Source of the DNA: Evtepia sp.
GTDB lineage: Bacteria; Bacillota; Clostridia; Oscillospirales; Oscillospiraceae
DNA length: 58,788 bases
Direction: 5' to 3'
NCBI GenBank assembly: GCA_020025735.1
Contig: JAHHRP010000001.1
Coordinates: forward strand, 1 to 58,788
Shown: positions 36,465 to 46,505 of the stretch, piece after piece
Layout: every line of letters starts with the position of its first letter
How positions within the stretch are numbered: position 1 is the stretch's first letter
Position numbers and translations under genes: made by a program
Notes under the pieces: generated by a model
What the model saw: only the letters and a program-made list of their open reading frames with translations
What the model was told of the DNA's origin: nothing
The model's database searches: none

Positions 36465-38057
36465 TTATTTAATCCGCAGCAGCTTTGCAAGCTTATCGCC
36501 TTTTGGCATTAAGGAGAGGTCATCTCTGGAAACAATCCGCAGCAGCAGGACCAGCACGCCATAGATCACAGCCCCGGCCACAATGGCCCCGGCCACGGAA
36601 AGGGTGTTGCCAAGATGATCCACCAGCAATCCATAGGCAGCCCAGGCAGCAGCTCCCATCACAATTGCTGCAATGGTTGGCTTCACAAACACGCGCAGAT
36701 ATTGTGGGGGATAGGGGGTCACTTTTTTGATGGCTGTCAGTTCCAGCACTGCCACCAGCACAAAGCACACCAAGGTTCCCAGAGGGGCGCCTTTGATCCC
36801 TATGGAGGGCATTTGGACCAACAGGAAATTCACCAGCAGCTTCACAGCGCTGCCGATGGCGATGAACCAGATGGGCAGCCCAGCCCGGCCATTGGCCTGA
36901 AGGATGGCATTGCACAGGAGCATAATACATACAAAAACGGAAGCAATTCCTAGGACAAACAGGCAGTGACTGGCCACTTCTTGGTTGGTCTCAGGATAGA
37001 GCATCTGGATGATTGGTCCAGACAGCACAGCCAGGCCAATCCCTGCTGGCATAGCCAGTAGGGCTCCCACCCGCAGGGTAGACTCCGCAATTTTTCCAGC
37101 TCCCAGGGCATCTTTCTTAGTAAGGGCCGCAGAGACCGCAGGAACGATACAAGCGGTCAGGGACACCATGAATGCTGCGGGCAGGTTATAAATGGTCACT
37201 GCTTTCTGATAGCAGCCATACAAGCTCACCGCCAGCTGTTCTGTGTAGCCCAGAGCGCTTTGCAGGAGATTCTGCACCTGGACAGTATCCAGATAGGTTG
37301 TGATGGGGACTACGGAAGAACTAAGGGTAATTGGGACCGCAATCGCCATGAGGGTTTTTAAGATATGACCTGGGCGATCGGGCGGATCCTCCGTTGCCAC
37401 TGCGTTCTTTTTTCCGTGGTGTCTGTGGTGGTGGATGATGAGGTAGACGAGGGAGACAAATCCACTGACTGTCACCCCGCCGATGGCTCCGGCAGCAGAG
37501 AACTCACTGCCGAACCCCAGATAGAGGATGTACCAAGCCAGCGCCAATCCCACGCCCAATTTGGTGAGGGCCTCCAGCACCTGGGAAACCGCTGTAGGCA
37601 CCATGTCTGAGTGTCCCTGGGCATAACCTCGGTAGGCAGACATCGCACATACAAAGAAGCAGGACAGCGCCATAGCCCGCACCGCTGGAGCCGCGAGACT
37701 ATCTCCCTGCAAATCGGCCAGCGATTGGGCAAAGGCGAACATGACCAAGCTGCTGATGGTTCCTAAGATCACGAAGGTTACCCAAGCCACTCGAAAGACT
37801 CGGTTGACTTGGTTCCCTCGGTTGAGGGCATTGGCTTCAGAGATTGTTTTGGACATGGCCACAGGCAGGCCGGCGGTCGAGACCATGAGGAGCAGGTTGT
37901 AGATGGCATAGGCGTTATTGAAGTGACCGAAACCCACATCGCCCAAGATTCTCCCCAAGGGGATCTTATAGAGTGCGCCGATGATCTTTACGATTGCGAT
38001 ACTGGCGGCCAAGATGGCCGCACCGCCGAAAAATGTGTTGGTTTTTTGCTCTTTCAA
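36465..38057 (-). CDS. Polysaccharide biosynthesis/flippase protein (YabM/SpoVB, MOP family)
   Basis: KIIGALYKIPL, AGLPVAMSK, PTAVSQVLE; many TM helices; TTG 38057 after GGAGG; adjacent to mazG as in yabM-yabN. Confidence 0.85.
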   Translation of the reverse strand: MKEQKTNTFFGGAAILAASIAIVKIIGALYKIPLGRILGDVGFGHFNNAYAIYNLLLMVSTAGLPVAMSKTISEANALNRGNQVNRVFRVAWVTFVILGTISSLVMFAFAQSLADLQGDSLAAPAVRAMALSCFFVCAMSAYRGYAQGHSDMVPTAVSQVLEALTKLGVGLALAWYILYLGFGSEFSAAGAIGGVTVSGFVSLVYLIIHHHRHHGKKNAVATEDPPDRPGHILKTLMAIAVPITLSSSVVPITTYLDTVQVQNLLQSALGYTEQLAVSLYGCYQKAVTIYNLPAAFMVSLTACIVPAVSAALTKKDALGAGKIAESTLRVGALLAMPAGIGLAVLSGPIIQMLYPETNQEVASHCLFVLGIASVFVCIMLLCNAILQANGRAGLPIWFIAIGSAVKLLVNFLLVQMPSIGIKGAPLGTLVCFVLVAVLELTAIKKVTPYPPQYLRVFVKPTIAAIVMGAAAWAAYGLLVDHLGNTLSVAGAIVAGAVIYGVLVLLLRIVSRDDLSLMPKGDKLAKLLRIK

Positions 38058-38076
38058 AACAGCTGATCCCTCCGAT

Positions 38077-39396
38077 TTACAGGGCTTTGTCTGCCCCGAA
38101 GAGCAGGGGCAAGGCATAATTTTTCACCTCGTCCTTGATTTTTTCCAGGTCCAAGGTTAAGAAGGTTCCATCCTTGTATATGATTTTCCCTCTGGCCATA
38201 TTCATCACCACATCGTTTCCTCTTGCAGTATACACCAGGTTATCTGCCACACTGTGACAGGGTGTAAGACTAGGCCGATCGAAGTCTACCAAGATAAGGT
38301 CTGCGGTGTATCCTGGGGCAATCTGACCTGTTTTACGGCCCAAGGCAGTGGCACCGTCTCGGGTCGCCATAGCCAGCGCATCCTGGGGCAGCAGGGCCAA
38401 GGGGTCATGGGTGACGCCGTTGTGAAGGATGGCAGCAAATTTCATCTCCTCGAACATATCCAGGTTGTTGTTGGAGGAAACGCCGTCGGTGCCCAGGGCG
38501 ATGTTCACCCCAGCCTTTTTCATGGCGGGGATCCAAGCCACCCCGGAACCCAGTTTTAGGTTAGAGACAGGGTTGTGGACGCAGGACACGCCTTTTTCTA
38601 CCATAGTAGCCCAGTCCTCCTCGGTGGTCCAAACACAGTGCGCTGCGATGGCCCGGGTATCCCACACGCCATAGCGGTCCAGGATCTGGATAGGGGTCTT
38701 TCCCCATCGCTGCTTGGATGCCTCATGCTCTGCCTGCGTCTCGGAGACGTGGACGTGCATTCCCAGCCCTTTTTTCTGGGCATAGTCTGCCATCCACTTC
38801 CACAGGGGCACGTTTGAGGTATACTCCCCATGGATAGACGCATCCACTAAGATCTGTCCTGCGCCAGCACCGTGCCATTCTTCGGTCAGCTGACGCTGGT
38901 TCTCGCAGTCTTTACAGGTTTCTGGACCAAATGCGTCTGATGCACCAAAGTACACCCCGCCGCAGGAGAGGTTGGCACTGATGCCCGCCTCCAGCACAGT
39001 TTGCGCGATGGCTGGGGTAAACATATACATATCGGCGATGGTGGTCACACCACCGGCGATGAGTTCTGCCAAGGCCAGTCCCGCGCCTGCTTGGACCGCA
39101 CGGCTGTCTAACTTAGCCTCAGCAGGAAAGATCCACTGATTGAGCCAAGTCTGCAAGTCACAGCCTCCGCCATACCCCCGCAAGAGCGTCATGGGGATGT
39201 GGGTGTGGGCATTCACCAGTCCAGGCATAAGGACATTATTTTTCCCATCGATTTCCTGGTCAAAGGGTCCCTGCGGTCTCTGGTTTCCTACTGAGAGGAT
39301 CGTATCTCCTTCCACTACCACATAGGCCCCTTCCAACAGGGTATTCTCCTGATCCATCAACAGCGCCCGGCAGTGATGCAGCAAAATTCGTTTCAT
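38077..39396 (-). CDS. mtaD: Amidohydrolase, 5'-methylthioadenosine/SAH deaminase-like
   Basis: PGLVNAHTH, HVHVSET, AAHCV, HNPVSNLKLGSG, LGTDG. Confidence 0.75.
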   Translation of the reverse strand: MKRILLHHCRALLMDQENTLLEGAYVVVEGDTILSVGNQRPQGPFDQEIDGKNNVLMPGLVNAHTHIPMTLLRGYGGGCDLQTWLNQWIFPAEAKLDSRAVQAGAGLALAELIAGGVTTIADMYMFTPAIAQTVLEAGISANLSCGGVYFGASDAFGPETCKDCENQRQLTEEWHGAGAGQILVDASIHGEYTSNVPLWKWMADYAQKKGLGMHVHVSETQAEHEASKQRWGKTPIQILDRYGVWDTRAIAAHCVWTTEEDWATMVEKGVSCVHNPVSNLKLGSGVAWIPAMKKAGVNIALGTDGVSSNNNLDMFEEMKFAAILHNGVTHDPLALLPQDALAMATRDGATALGRKTGQIAPGYTADLILVDFDRPSLTPCHSVADNLVYTARGNDVVMNMARGKIIYKDGTFLTLDLEKIKDEVKNYALPLLFGADKAL

Positions 39397-39405
39397 ACCG
39401 TCTCC

Positions 39406-40233
39406 TCAGTTCAAGTGTTCCAAGCAGGCCAGCAATAGGCCGGAGAACTTCTCTCGAGCTGCGGCCGCGGCCTCCAGGACTTCTTCTTCGCTCAATTTTT
39501 TTGGCAGCACGCCAGCGGCCATGTTGGATACCAGCGTAAAGCCGAGCACTTCCATGCCGCAGTGCCCAGCGGTGATGACCTCTGGGGCGGTAGACATCCC
39601 CACAGCATCCGCGCCCAAGATACGCGCCATCCGCACTTCCGCTGGGGTTTCATACTGTGGGCCGGGGAAGTACATATAGACGCCTTCTTTCAGGTCCAGG
39701 TCCAAGCGCCGTGCCTGCTGGCGTGCAAGGTCCTGAAGGCGGGGGGTATAGAGGAAGCTGGCATCGGGGAAGCGCGGGCCGAACTGGGGCAAGTTTTCGC
39801 CCCACAGGGGGGATTCCATGAAAATTTTAATCTGGTCGGTAATGAGCATGAGGTCCCCGGCCTTAAAATTCCAGTTGACCCCGCCGGCGGCATTGGTGAC
39901 GAAGAGGGTGTCGCAGCCCAGCAGGCGCAGCACCCGCACGCCGTAGCTGACCTCCTCATAAGAGTAACCTTCATAGTGGTGGACGCGGCCCTGCATCACG
40001 GCCACATCTTTCCCGGCCAGTTTGCCAAAGACCATTTGCCCCTTATGTCCTGGTGCCGTAGAGTGTTTAAAGTGTGGGATCTGACCATAGGGCACCACGA
40101 TAGGATTCTCTACCAAGTCCCCCAGATAGCCCAGACCGGAACCCAAGACCATTGCAACCTTGGGACGGAAGCCACCTAATTTACTCAAGAGGAAATCTGC
40201 ACTTTCCTGGTAGTGGTCAAAGGTATAATTCAT
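39406..40233 (-). CDS. punA: Purine-nucleoside phosphorylase (trimeric type)
   Basis: LGSGLG, GRVHHYEGY, TNAAGG, GPQYETPAE, DAVGMST. Confidence 0.93.
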   Translation of the reverse strand: MNYTFDHYQESADFLLSKLGGFRPKVAMVLGSGLGYLGDLVENPIVVPYGQIPHFKHSTAPGHKGQMVFGKLAGKDVAVMQGRVHHYEGYSYEEVSYGVRVLRLLGCDTLFVTNAAGGVNWNFKAGDLMLITDQIKIFMESPLWGENLPQFGPRFPDASFLYTPRLQDLARQQARRLDLDLKEGVYMYFPGPQYETPAEVRMARILGADAVGMSTAPEVITAGHCGMEVLGFTLVSNMAAGVLPKKLSEEEVLEAAAAAREKFSGLLLACLEHLN

Positions 40234-40472
40234 CTTACAACCTCCATCATGGGGGGAGTCCCCCGGTTTCTGCCCATATAGCGGGTGTGTCTAAGGATAC
40301 TCGGTTATCTTACACCTCTGGCGCGGAAAAAGCAAATAAAATCCCTGCTTTTTCACGGTTTTTTCTCATTTTTACCCCCTGCGCGGTACTGGCATGAAAA
40401 ATGAAGCAGAAAAGCCCCCTGTGCTTCCCTGCGGTTTTCTTCTTCCGTTTTCTATTTTCCCACAAAACAATT

Positions 40473-40505
40473 CCCTGATGCAGTTTTGTTTTTCCTGCAT
40501 CAGGG
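40473..40505 (-). terminator. Terminator after ftsH
   Basis: CCCTGATGCAG / CTGCATCAGGG stem with T-rich tail on the minus strand. Confidence 0.65.
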
Positions 40506-40581
40506 GGAGTTGTTTTCCATTTATTTTGTGGGGTCTGGTTGTGTACACACAGCGCCGTTTTGTTGGATCAGGTACAGACAG

Positions 40582-42606
40582 TCAGAAGGGATCAGGGTCC
40601 TTTGGTTTCTCTTCCTCCTCCTGCGCAGCTCTAAGCGCTTCTGTTGCTTCCTGAAGGCGTCGTGCGATCTCGGCCTCCCGTTCTGCCTGAAGGCGGGCCT
40701 GCTCTGCGGCCTGTTTTTCCGCGGCTTTCAACCGATTGGCCCGTTCCTCCTCCTTCCGCCGTTCCAAGGCTTCTGGATCCTGGAAGACCAGTTGGAAGTC
40801 CTCCGCAGACATGGTTTCAAATTCCAGCAGATACTGGGCAGTACGTTCCAGTTCCTCACGATGTTGGGAGAGGATTTCCTGGCAGCGGGCATAAGCGCTG
40901 TCCAGCAGCACCTTGACCTCCTCGTCGATCCGCCCAGCCACCTCTTCTGAGTAAGCTCTGGCTTGCGACATACTCCGGCCGATGAACACCTCCTGGTCAC
41001 TGTCGTAGGAAATCGCGCCCAGCCGGTCACTCATCCCATACTTCATTACCATGCTTCTCGCAATGGAGGTTGCCGTCTGCAAGTCGCTAGAGGCTCCGGT
41101 GGAGATATCCCCCAGCACCAGTTCCTCAGCCACTCGGCCACCCAAGCAGGTGCAGATCCGTTCCTGGAGTTCCCTGCGGGACTGATACATCCGATCTTCT
41201 TCTGGCAGAGAGATGGTCAATCCACCCGCAGGTCCTCGTGGGATGATGGTAATTTGATGAACAGGGTCCTGGGTTTTGAGCTGGTGGATCACCACTGCGT
41301 GCCCAGCCTCATGATATGCCGTCAGTTTTTTGGCATGGGGCGGGACCACCCGGCTCTTTTTCTCTGGTCCGGCGATCACCTTCAGCATGGCCTCATGGAG
41401 CAGATCCATGCTGATAAAGGGGCGTTTCTCCCGTGCAGAGAGAAGGGCTGCTTCATTGAGCAGGTTTTCCAGATCGGCGCCGGTAAAGCCAGCGGTTGCC
41501 TGTGCTACGGTGTGCAGATCCACATCATCTGCCAGAGGTTTGTTTCTGGCATGAACCTGCAAGATCTCTTCACGCCCTTTGATGTCTGGCAGACCCACAT
41601 AGATCTGTCGGTCGAATCGCCCTGGACGAAGCAAGGCAGGGTCCAGGATATCTGCCCGGTTTGTGGCCGCCAGGACAATAACCCCCTCATTGGACGCAAA
41701 CCCATCCATTTCCACCAGCAGTTGGTTCAGGGTCTGCTCCCGCTCATCGTGGCCGCCGCCTAACCCGGTGCCTCTCTGCCGGCCCACGGCATCAATCTCA
41801 TCAATAAAGACGATGGCAGGTGCGTTCTTTTTGGCTTCTTCAAAGAGGTCCCGCACCCGGGAGGCACCCACGCCGACGTAAAGTTCCACAAAGTCTGAGC
41901 CAGAGATGGAGAGATACTCACAGCCGGCCTCTCCTGCCACGGCCCTAGCCAGCAAGGTCTTACCAGTCCCTGGCGGGCCAACCAACAGCACGCCTTTGGG
42001 AATGCGGGCGCCCAACTGCGTATACCGCGCAGGCTGACGGAGAAAGTCTACGACCTCTTCCAGTTCTTCCTTTTCCTCGTCAGCTCCTGCCACATCTCCA
42101 AAGGTCACTGTTCTTCCCGTCTCCGCCAGGGTCTTGGCCCGGATCTTGCCAAACTGCGTGGCTGAAGGGCCACTGCTGTTCTGGCTGCGTCGGAGGAAGA
42201 GGAAATACCACAGCAAAGCCATCACTGCCAGCACCACCAGCCAGGTCAATATGGTACTCATCCAAGCAGGGGATGGGCTTTCAGGGTAGTCGTAATCAGA
42301 GATAACGCCATCGTGGAGCTGCTGAACGACCAGGTCATTGAAGTCCTCATAGAAGAGCTGGAAACTGTAAATGGAATAGGTAATCACTTGTTTGCCATCC
42401 TGCGGCTCTTTCAAGGTAAGGGTTAGTGTGTCATCTTCCACCAACACCTTATCCACTTTTCTCTCTTCAAACAACACCCGGATATCTGCATACGAGTATT
42501 CACCATGGTGATCCCCAGTACGAAGGACCCCAGTCACAAGAAAGATGACGATCAGGACACCGAGTACCATCAGCAAGCTGCGCATGAGGTTTGCGTTCTG
42601 TTTCAA
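40582..42606 (-). CDS. ftsH: ATP-dependent zinc metalloprotease FtsH
   Basis: Two TM helices, [31 protein letters not shown]. Confidence 0.97.
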   Translation of the reverse strand: MKQNANLMRSLLMVLGVLIVIFLVTGVLRTGDHHGEYSYADIRVLFEERKVDKVLVEDDTLTLTLKEPQDGKQVITYSIYSFQLFYEDFNDLVVQQLHDGVISDYDYPESPSPAWMSTILTWLVVLAVMALLWYFLFLRRSQNSSGPSATQFGKIRAKTLAETGRTVTFGDVAGADEEKEELEEVVDFLRQPARYTQLGARIPKGVLLVGPPGTGKTLLARAVAGEAGCEYLSISGSDFVELYVGVGASRVRDLFEEAKKNAPAIVFIDEIDAVGRQRGTGLGGGHDEREQTLNQLLVEMDGFASNEGVIVLAATNRADILDPALLRPGRFDRQIYVGLPDIKGREEILQVHARNKPLADDVDLHTVAQATAGFTGADLENLLNEAALLSAREKRPFISMDLLHEAMLKVIAGPEKKSRVVPPHAKKLTAYHEAGHAVVIHQLKTQDPVHQITIIPRGPAGGLTISLPEEDRMYQSRRELQERICTCLGGRVAEELVLGDISTGASSDLQTATSIARSMVMKYGMSDRLGAISYDSDQEVFIGRSMSQARAYSEEVAGRIDEEVKVLLDSAYARCQEILSQHREELERTAQYLLEFETMSAEDFQLVFQDPEALERRKEEERANRLKAAEKQAAEQARLQAEREAEIARRLQEATEALRAAQEEEEKPKDPDPF

Positions 42607-42657
42607 ATGGATCTCACTCCTTTTCGCGGCATATTATCTGCCGCAAGATACCTGGGT

Positions 42658-43203
42658 TCAATCATTTCCATACACGCTAGGCTTTAAGATACCGATATAA
42701 GGAAGCTGGCGATATTTTTGGTCGTAGTCCAGGCCACAGCCTACCACGAACGCATCAGGAATGGTAAAGCCAACATAGTCTGCCTCGATTGGTTTGGTGC
42801 GCCGCTCTGGTTTATCCAGCAGAACGCACAGCTTCAAGGAAGCAGGGCCTCTGTTTTTCAGTTCCTGCACCAGTTTAGACAGGGTGTTTCCTGTGTCCAG
42901 GATATCCTCTACCAGCAGCACATCTCGCCCAGCGATGTCATCGTGAAGATCCAAGCGGATCTTCACCAACCCAGAGCTGGTGGTTCCTGCGCCATAGGAG
43001 GAGGCAGACATAAAGTCCAAGGTCAAAGGGAGTTCCAGCCCACGGACCAAGTCGGCCATAAAAACAAAGCAGCCCCGCAGAACGCCAACGACCAGGGGGG
43101 ATTTCCCCTGGTAATCTCTGGTAATCTCAGCTGCCATTTCCCGAATACGGGCGGACACCTGCTCCTGTGTAAAGAGGATCTGCTGCATATCCTGTTCCAT
43201 CAT
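42658..43203 (-). CDS. hpt: Hypoxanthine phosphoribosyltransferase
   Basis: VLLVEDILDTGNTL PRPP motif; tilS-hpt-ftsH synteny. Confidence 0.95.
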   Translation of the reverse strand: MMEQDMQQILFTQEQVSARIREMAAEITRDYQGKSPLVVGVLRGCFVFMADLVRGLELPLTLDFMSASSYGAGTTSSGLVKIRLDLHDDIAGRDVLLVEDILDTGNTLSKLVQELKNRGPASLKLCVLLDKPERRTKPIEADYVGFTIPDAFVVGCGLDYDQKYRQLPYIGILKPSVYGND

Positions 43204-44603
43204 CGTGTTTCGTTCCTTTCCTCTGGTTTATTTTTGGGGATCAAACGAATGAACAGCGCGGGCTGACCTGGGGTAGCCAACCTGGGATAGTTTGGTCCCA
43301 GCCCTGCTGCGGCCAACAAGCCGGCCTCATCTGCCAGCACGGGCAGGTTTTCCCGCCGCTGCCGGGGGATTTTTTCATCAATATACCATTTTTTCAGTGT
43401 TTTGGCCCGTCTGCCTGGCAAGCGAAGCTGATCACCGGCCTGTCTAGCGCGCAGGACCAGCGGAAATGTGACTGTCTCTTGGTCGATGTGCCACTCATAG
43501 TCCCCTTGTGCAGGGATTTCGGGACAGAGGGTTTCCTTGACCTCAATCGCCCACCCGTTGTCCAGGGCAAAGACACCTGGTCCTGTGAGCAATCGCAGAG
43601 AGAACCCATTGGGCATGGCTGTTGAGGGGCACAGCACCAGTTTATCATACTCTCGCCAGGCGAACAGACCGTCTGGCAGGTTTATGGTGGCGGAGGGGGA
43701 GGAGCCAGCAGCCAAGGCTAAGATCTGCTCCAAATGCACAGAGGCAATTTCAAAGCGATCAATTTTGGCCAGCATCTGTTTCACCACCCGCACAGCCACA
43801 GGGTGGGCAAGGCCCACCAAAGTTCTGACAGGAATGATTACCCTTCCCTCGGCCACCTGGGCTTGTTTGGTGATTTTTTCTGCCATGTTGTGCAGCAGAT
43901 CTCGGTCCTCCCGCAGGTGGCTTAGATTGGCAGAGAGGGTAGACACGAAGGCAGGGTTCAGCTCACGCATCACTGGCATGACTTCCTGTCGCAGGCGGTT
44001 TCGGGCATAGATATTGTTCTGGTTAGAACTATCCTCCACATGGGGAATCCCAGACTGCGTCAGACATTCTTCAATGTCAACGCGTGGCGTATCCAGTAGC
44101 GGTCGGATAAGGATACCCCGCACAGGAGGGATGCCGGTTAGCCCATCTAGTCCGGTTCCCCGTGCCAGATGGAGCAGAATGGTCTCCGCGTTGTCATCGG
44201 CGTTGTGTGCAGTGGCAATCTTGTCGATTTCCAACGCACGGGCGGTTTCCGTGAGGAACGCATAGCGCATAATGCGAGCGGTTTCCTCCACGCCTTTTCC
44301 CTGTTCCTGGGCTTCCTTGGCCACATCGCCTCTGCCTACGACCAGGTTGATGCCCCGCTTTTGACACCAGTCTGTGACGAAGTTCTCATCTCGCTGGGAT
44401 TCTTCCCCTCGAAGCTGGTGGTTAAAGTGGGCTGCATGAAGGGTAAATTCTCGTTCTTTGGCCAGCACTTCCAACACCGCCAGCAGCGCCATGGAGTCGG
44501 TTCCACCGGACAGGGCGCATAAAACGCTGCCCCCTTGGGGCAGCATGGAATACTTGTCAGCAAAAGCCGCCGCCTGGGCGGTCAATTCAATCAGGTTCTT
44601 CAT
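43200..44603 (-). CDS. tilS: tRNA(Ile)-lysidine synthetase
   Basis: ALSGGTDS, ATAHNADD.AET, RPLL, RNRLR; start at ATG 44603. Confidence 0.95.
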   Translation of the reverse strand: MKNLIELTAQAAAFADKYSMLPQGGSVLCALSGGTDSMALLAVLEVLAKEREFTLHAAHFNHQLRGEESQRDENFVTDWCQKRGINLVVGRGDVAKEAQEQGKGVEETARIMRYAFLTETARALEIDKIATAHNADDNAETILLHLARGTGLDGLTGIPPVRGILIRPLLDTPRVDIEECLTQSGIPHVEDSSNQNNIYARNRLRQEVMPVMRELNPAFVSTLSANLSHLREDRDLLHNMAEKITKQAQVAEGRVIIPVRTLVGLAHPVAVRVVKQMLAKIDRFEIASVHLEQILALAAGSSPSATINLPDGLFAWREYDKLVLCPSTAMPNGFSLRLLTGPGVFALDNGWAIEVKETLCPEIPAQGDYEWHIDQETVTFPLVLRARQAGDQLRLPGRRAKTLKKWYIDEKIPRQRRENLPVLADEAGLLAAAGLGPNYPRLATPGQPALFIRLIPKNKPEERNETR

Positions 44604-45945
44604 AATTACGCTCCACAGAGGAGAAGGCAGTGAATTCCGGCAGCCACTGGAGGGGGATGGTGGTGGTTTCCCCCCGGCGATTCTTGGCGATAATGCACTC
44701 GGCCTGGTTGCGCTTATCACTGTCCTTGTTATAGTAGTCGTCTCGGTACAGAAACATGACCACATCAGCGTCCTGCTCAATAGCCCCTGACTCCCGCAAG
44801 TCGGAAAGCATGGGGCGCTTATCTGCCCGGCTCTCGTTGGCGCGGGAGAGCTGAGACAGACACAGCACAGGGACATGGAGTTCCTTGGCCATGATTTTCA
44901 AGGCGCGGCTGATGTCTGCCACCACCTGCTGGCGGTTCTCCCCGGCGTAGCGGGTCGTGCTGCCAGAGGACTGCATCAGCTGTAAGTAGTCGATGACCAC
45001 CATTCCCAAGTTGTCAATGCGTCGGCACTTAGCATTCATGTCGGCCACTGAGAGGGAGGGGTTGTCATCGATGTAGATTTTTGTGTGTCCCAAGGCCGCA
45101 GCGGCCAGGGTGACTTTGTCCCAGTCATCGGGGGAGAGTTTTCCTGTCATCAGCTTTTTATTGTCCAAAAAAGCCTCACTGGAAATGAGGCGTGTTGCCA
45201 GTTGTTCTCGGCTCATTTCCAGTGAAAAGAACACCACACTCTTGCCGGAAAATTTTCCAGCATGCAGCAGTACATTCAGGGCAAAAGAGGTCTTGCCCAT
45301 TCCTGGCCGTGCCGCCAGCAAGATGAGTTCAGAGCCATGAAAGCCCGTTAGCGTCCGGTCTAGGTCAGCAAAGCCGGTAGCCATACCTGGCACTTCTGCC
45401 CCGCTCACTGACAGCTCCTGCAACCGCTCGAACACATCCACCAGGATCTTAGACAGCGGCTCTAGGCCCTGGCTGCTGCGGCCCTGACGGATCGCATAGA
45501 TCCGCTGTTCCGCCAAGTCCAGCACAGTCTGGGCTGTTTCTCCCTCCTTCTGCACCAGGGCCGTAAGATCCCCGGCAGTCTCTGCGATGCGCCGCAGCAG
45601 GCCCTTATCTTTGACGATGCGGACATACTCCTTGACGTTGGCAGCGGTGGGGGTAATCTCCATGAGCTGGAGCAGATAACTGCGAGAGGTATTTTCGTCG
45701 TAAACCCCTGTCAACTTCATTTGATCCAGGACAGTTACCGGGTCAATGGTAGCTGAGAAGTTGAACATGGTATAGATAGTCTCATAGATGTCCCGGTTGG
45801 CTTTTAAGTAGAAATCCTCACCGGTCAAGTTCTCCACCACATCTGGGATGCACCGGGCGTCAATGAGCATGGCACCCAAGACAGCCTGTTCGGCCTCCAC
45901 ACTATGGGGGATCTGGCGCAGCAAGAGGGATTCATCCACGGACAC
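44587..45945 (-). CDS. dnaB: Replicative DNA helicase
   Basis: AEQAVLG, AARPGMGKT, IDYLQL, SDLRESGAIEQDAD. Confidence 0.97.
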   Translation of the reverse strand: MSVDESLLLRQIPHSVEAEQAVLGAMLIDARCIPDVVENLTGEDFYLKANRDIYETIYTMFNFSATIDPVTVLDQMKLTGVYDENTSRSYLLQLMEITPTAANVKEYVRIVKDKGLLRRIAETAGDLTALVQKEGETAQTVLDLAEQRIYAIRQGRSSQGLEPLSKILVDVFERLQELSVSGAEVPGMATGFADLDRTLTGFHGSELILLAARPGMGKTSFALNVLLHAGKFSGKSVVFFSLEMSREQLATRLISSEAFLDNKKLMTGKLSPDDWDKVTLAAAALGHTKIYIDDNPSLSVADMNAKCRRIDNLGMVVIDYLQLMQSSGSTTRYAGENRQQVVADISRALKIMAKELHVPVLCLSQLSRANESRADKRPMLSDLRESGAIEQDADVVMFLYRDDYYNKDSDKRNQAECIIAKNRRGETTTIPLQWLPEFTAFSSVERNYEEPD

Positions 45946-46001
45946 ACACCACCTTTACACAGGGAATTCCCACCCACCATTTCTGGCAGACGGGAGGGGG
46001 C

Positions 46002-46451
46002 TTACTTCTCCTCGCTGACTACAACGTTGAGTTTTCCTACGACCTCATAGCCCAACTTGCACTTGAGCTGATAGGTCCCAAAACTCTTGATGGGTTCTTC
46101 CTGAACGATCTTGCTTTTTGCAACTGCCAGCCCGAACTGGCTTTGAAGGGCCTCTGCAATTTCCTTGCTGGTTACAGCCCCGAATAGACGTCCACCAGTG
46201 CCTGCTTTGGCAGGGATTTTCACCACGATTCCCTTCAGTTTCTCTGCCACAGCTTCCGCTTCGGCCTTTTCCGCTGCCATCTGGGCCTTTACAGCCTTGT
46301 CGTGCATAACCATCTTGTTCATGTTGTCAGCGTTAGCAGGCACGGCAAGATTTTTGGGGAAGAGGAAGTTCCTGGCATAGCCGTCGGAGACGGTTACCAG
46401 CTGGCCTCGTTTCCCCTGGCCCTTCACATCCTGCTGTAAGATTACTTTCAT
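46002..46451 (-). CDS. rplI: 50S ribosomal protein L9
   Basis: [14 protein letters not shown]...GYARNFLFP. Confidence 0.97.
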   Translation of the reverse strand: MKVILQQDVKGQGKRGQLVTVSDGYARNFLFPKNLAVPANADNMNKMVMHDKAVKAQMAAEKAEAEAVAEKLKGIVVKIPAKAGTGGRLFGAVTSKEIAEALQSQFGLAVAKSKIVQEEPIKSFGTYQLKCKLGYEVVGKLNVVVSEEK

Positions 46452-46505
46452 TGGTTTTACCTCCAAAATCGTTCAATAAACTTGCCTTTGCAAAGGCATC
46501 ATTGG

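Noticed and set aside
40234..40340. Purine riboswitch upstream of punA
   Set aside because: Short leader behind a TTGCTT-17-TAAGAT promoter; lacks the conserved aptamer core sequences
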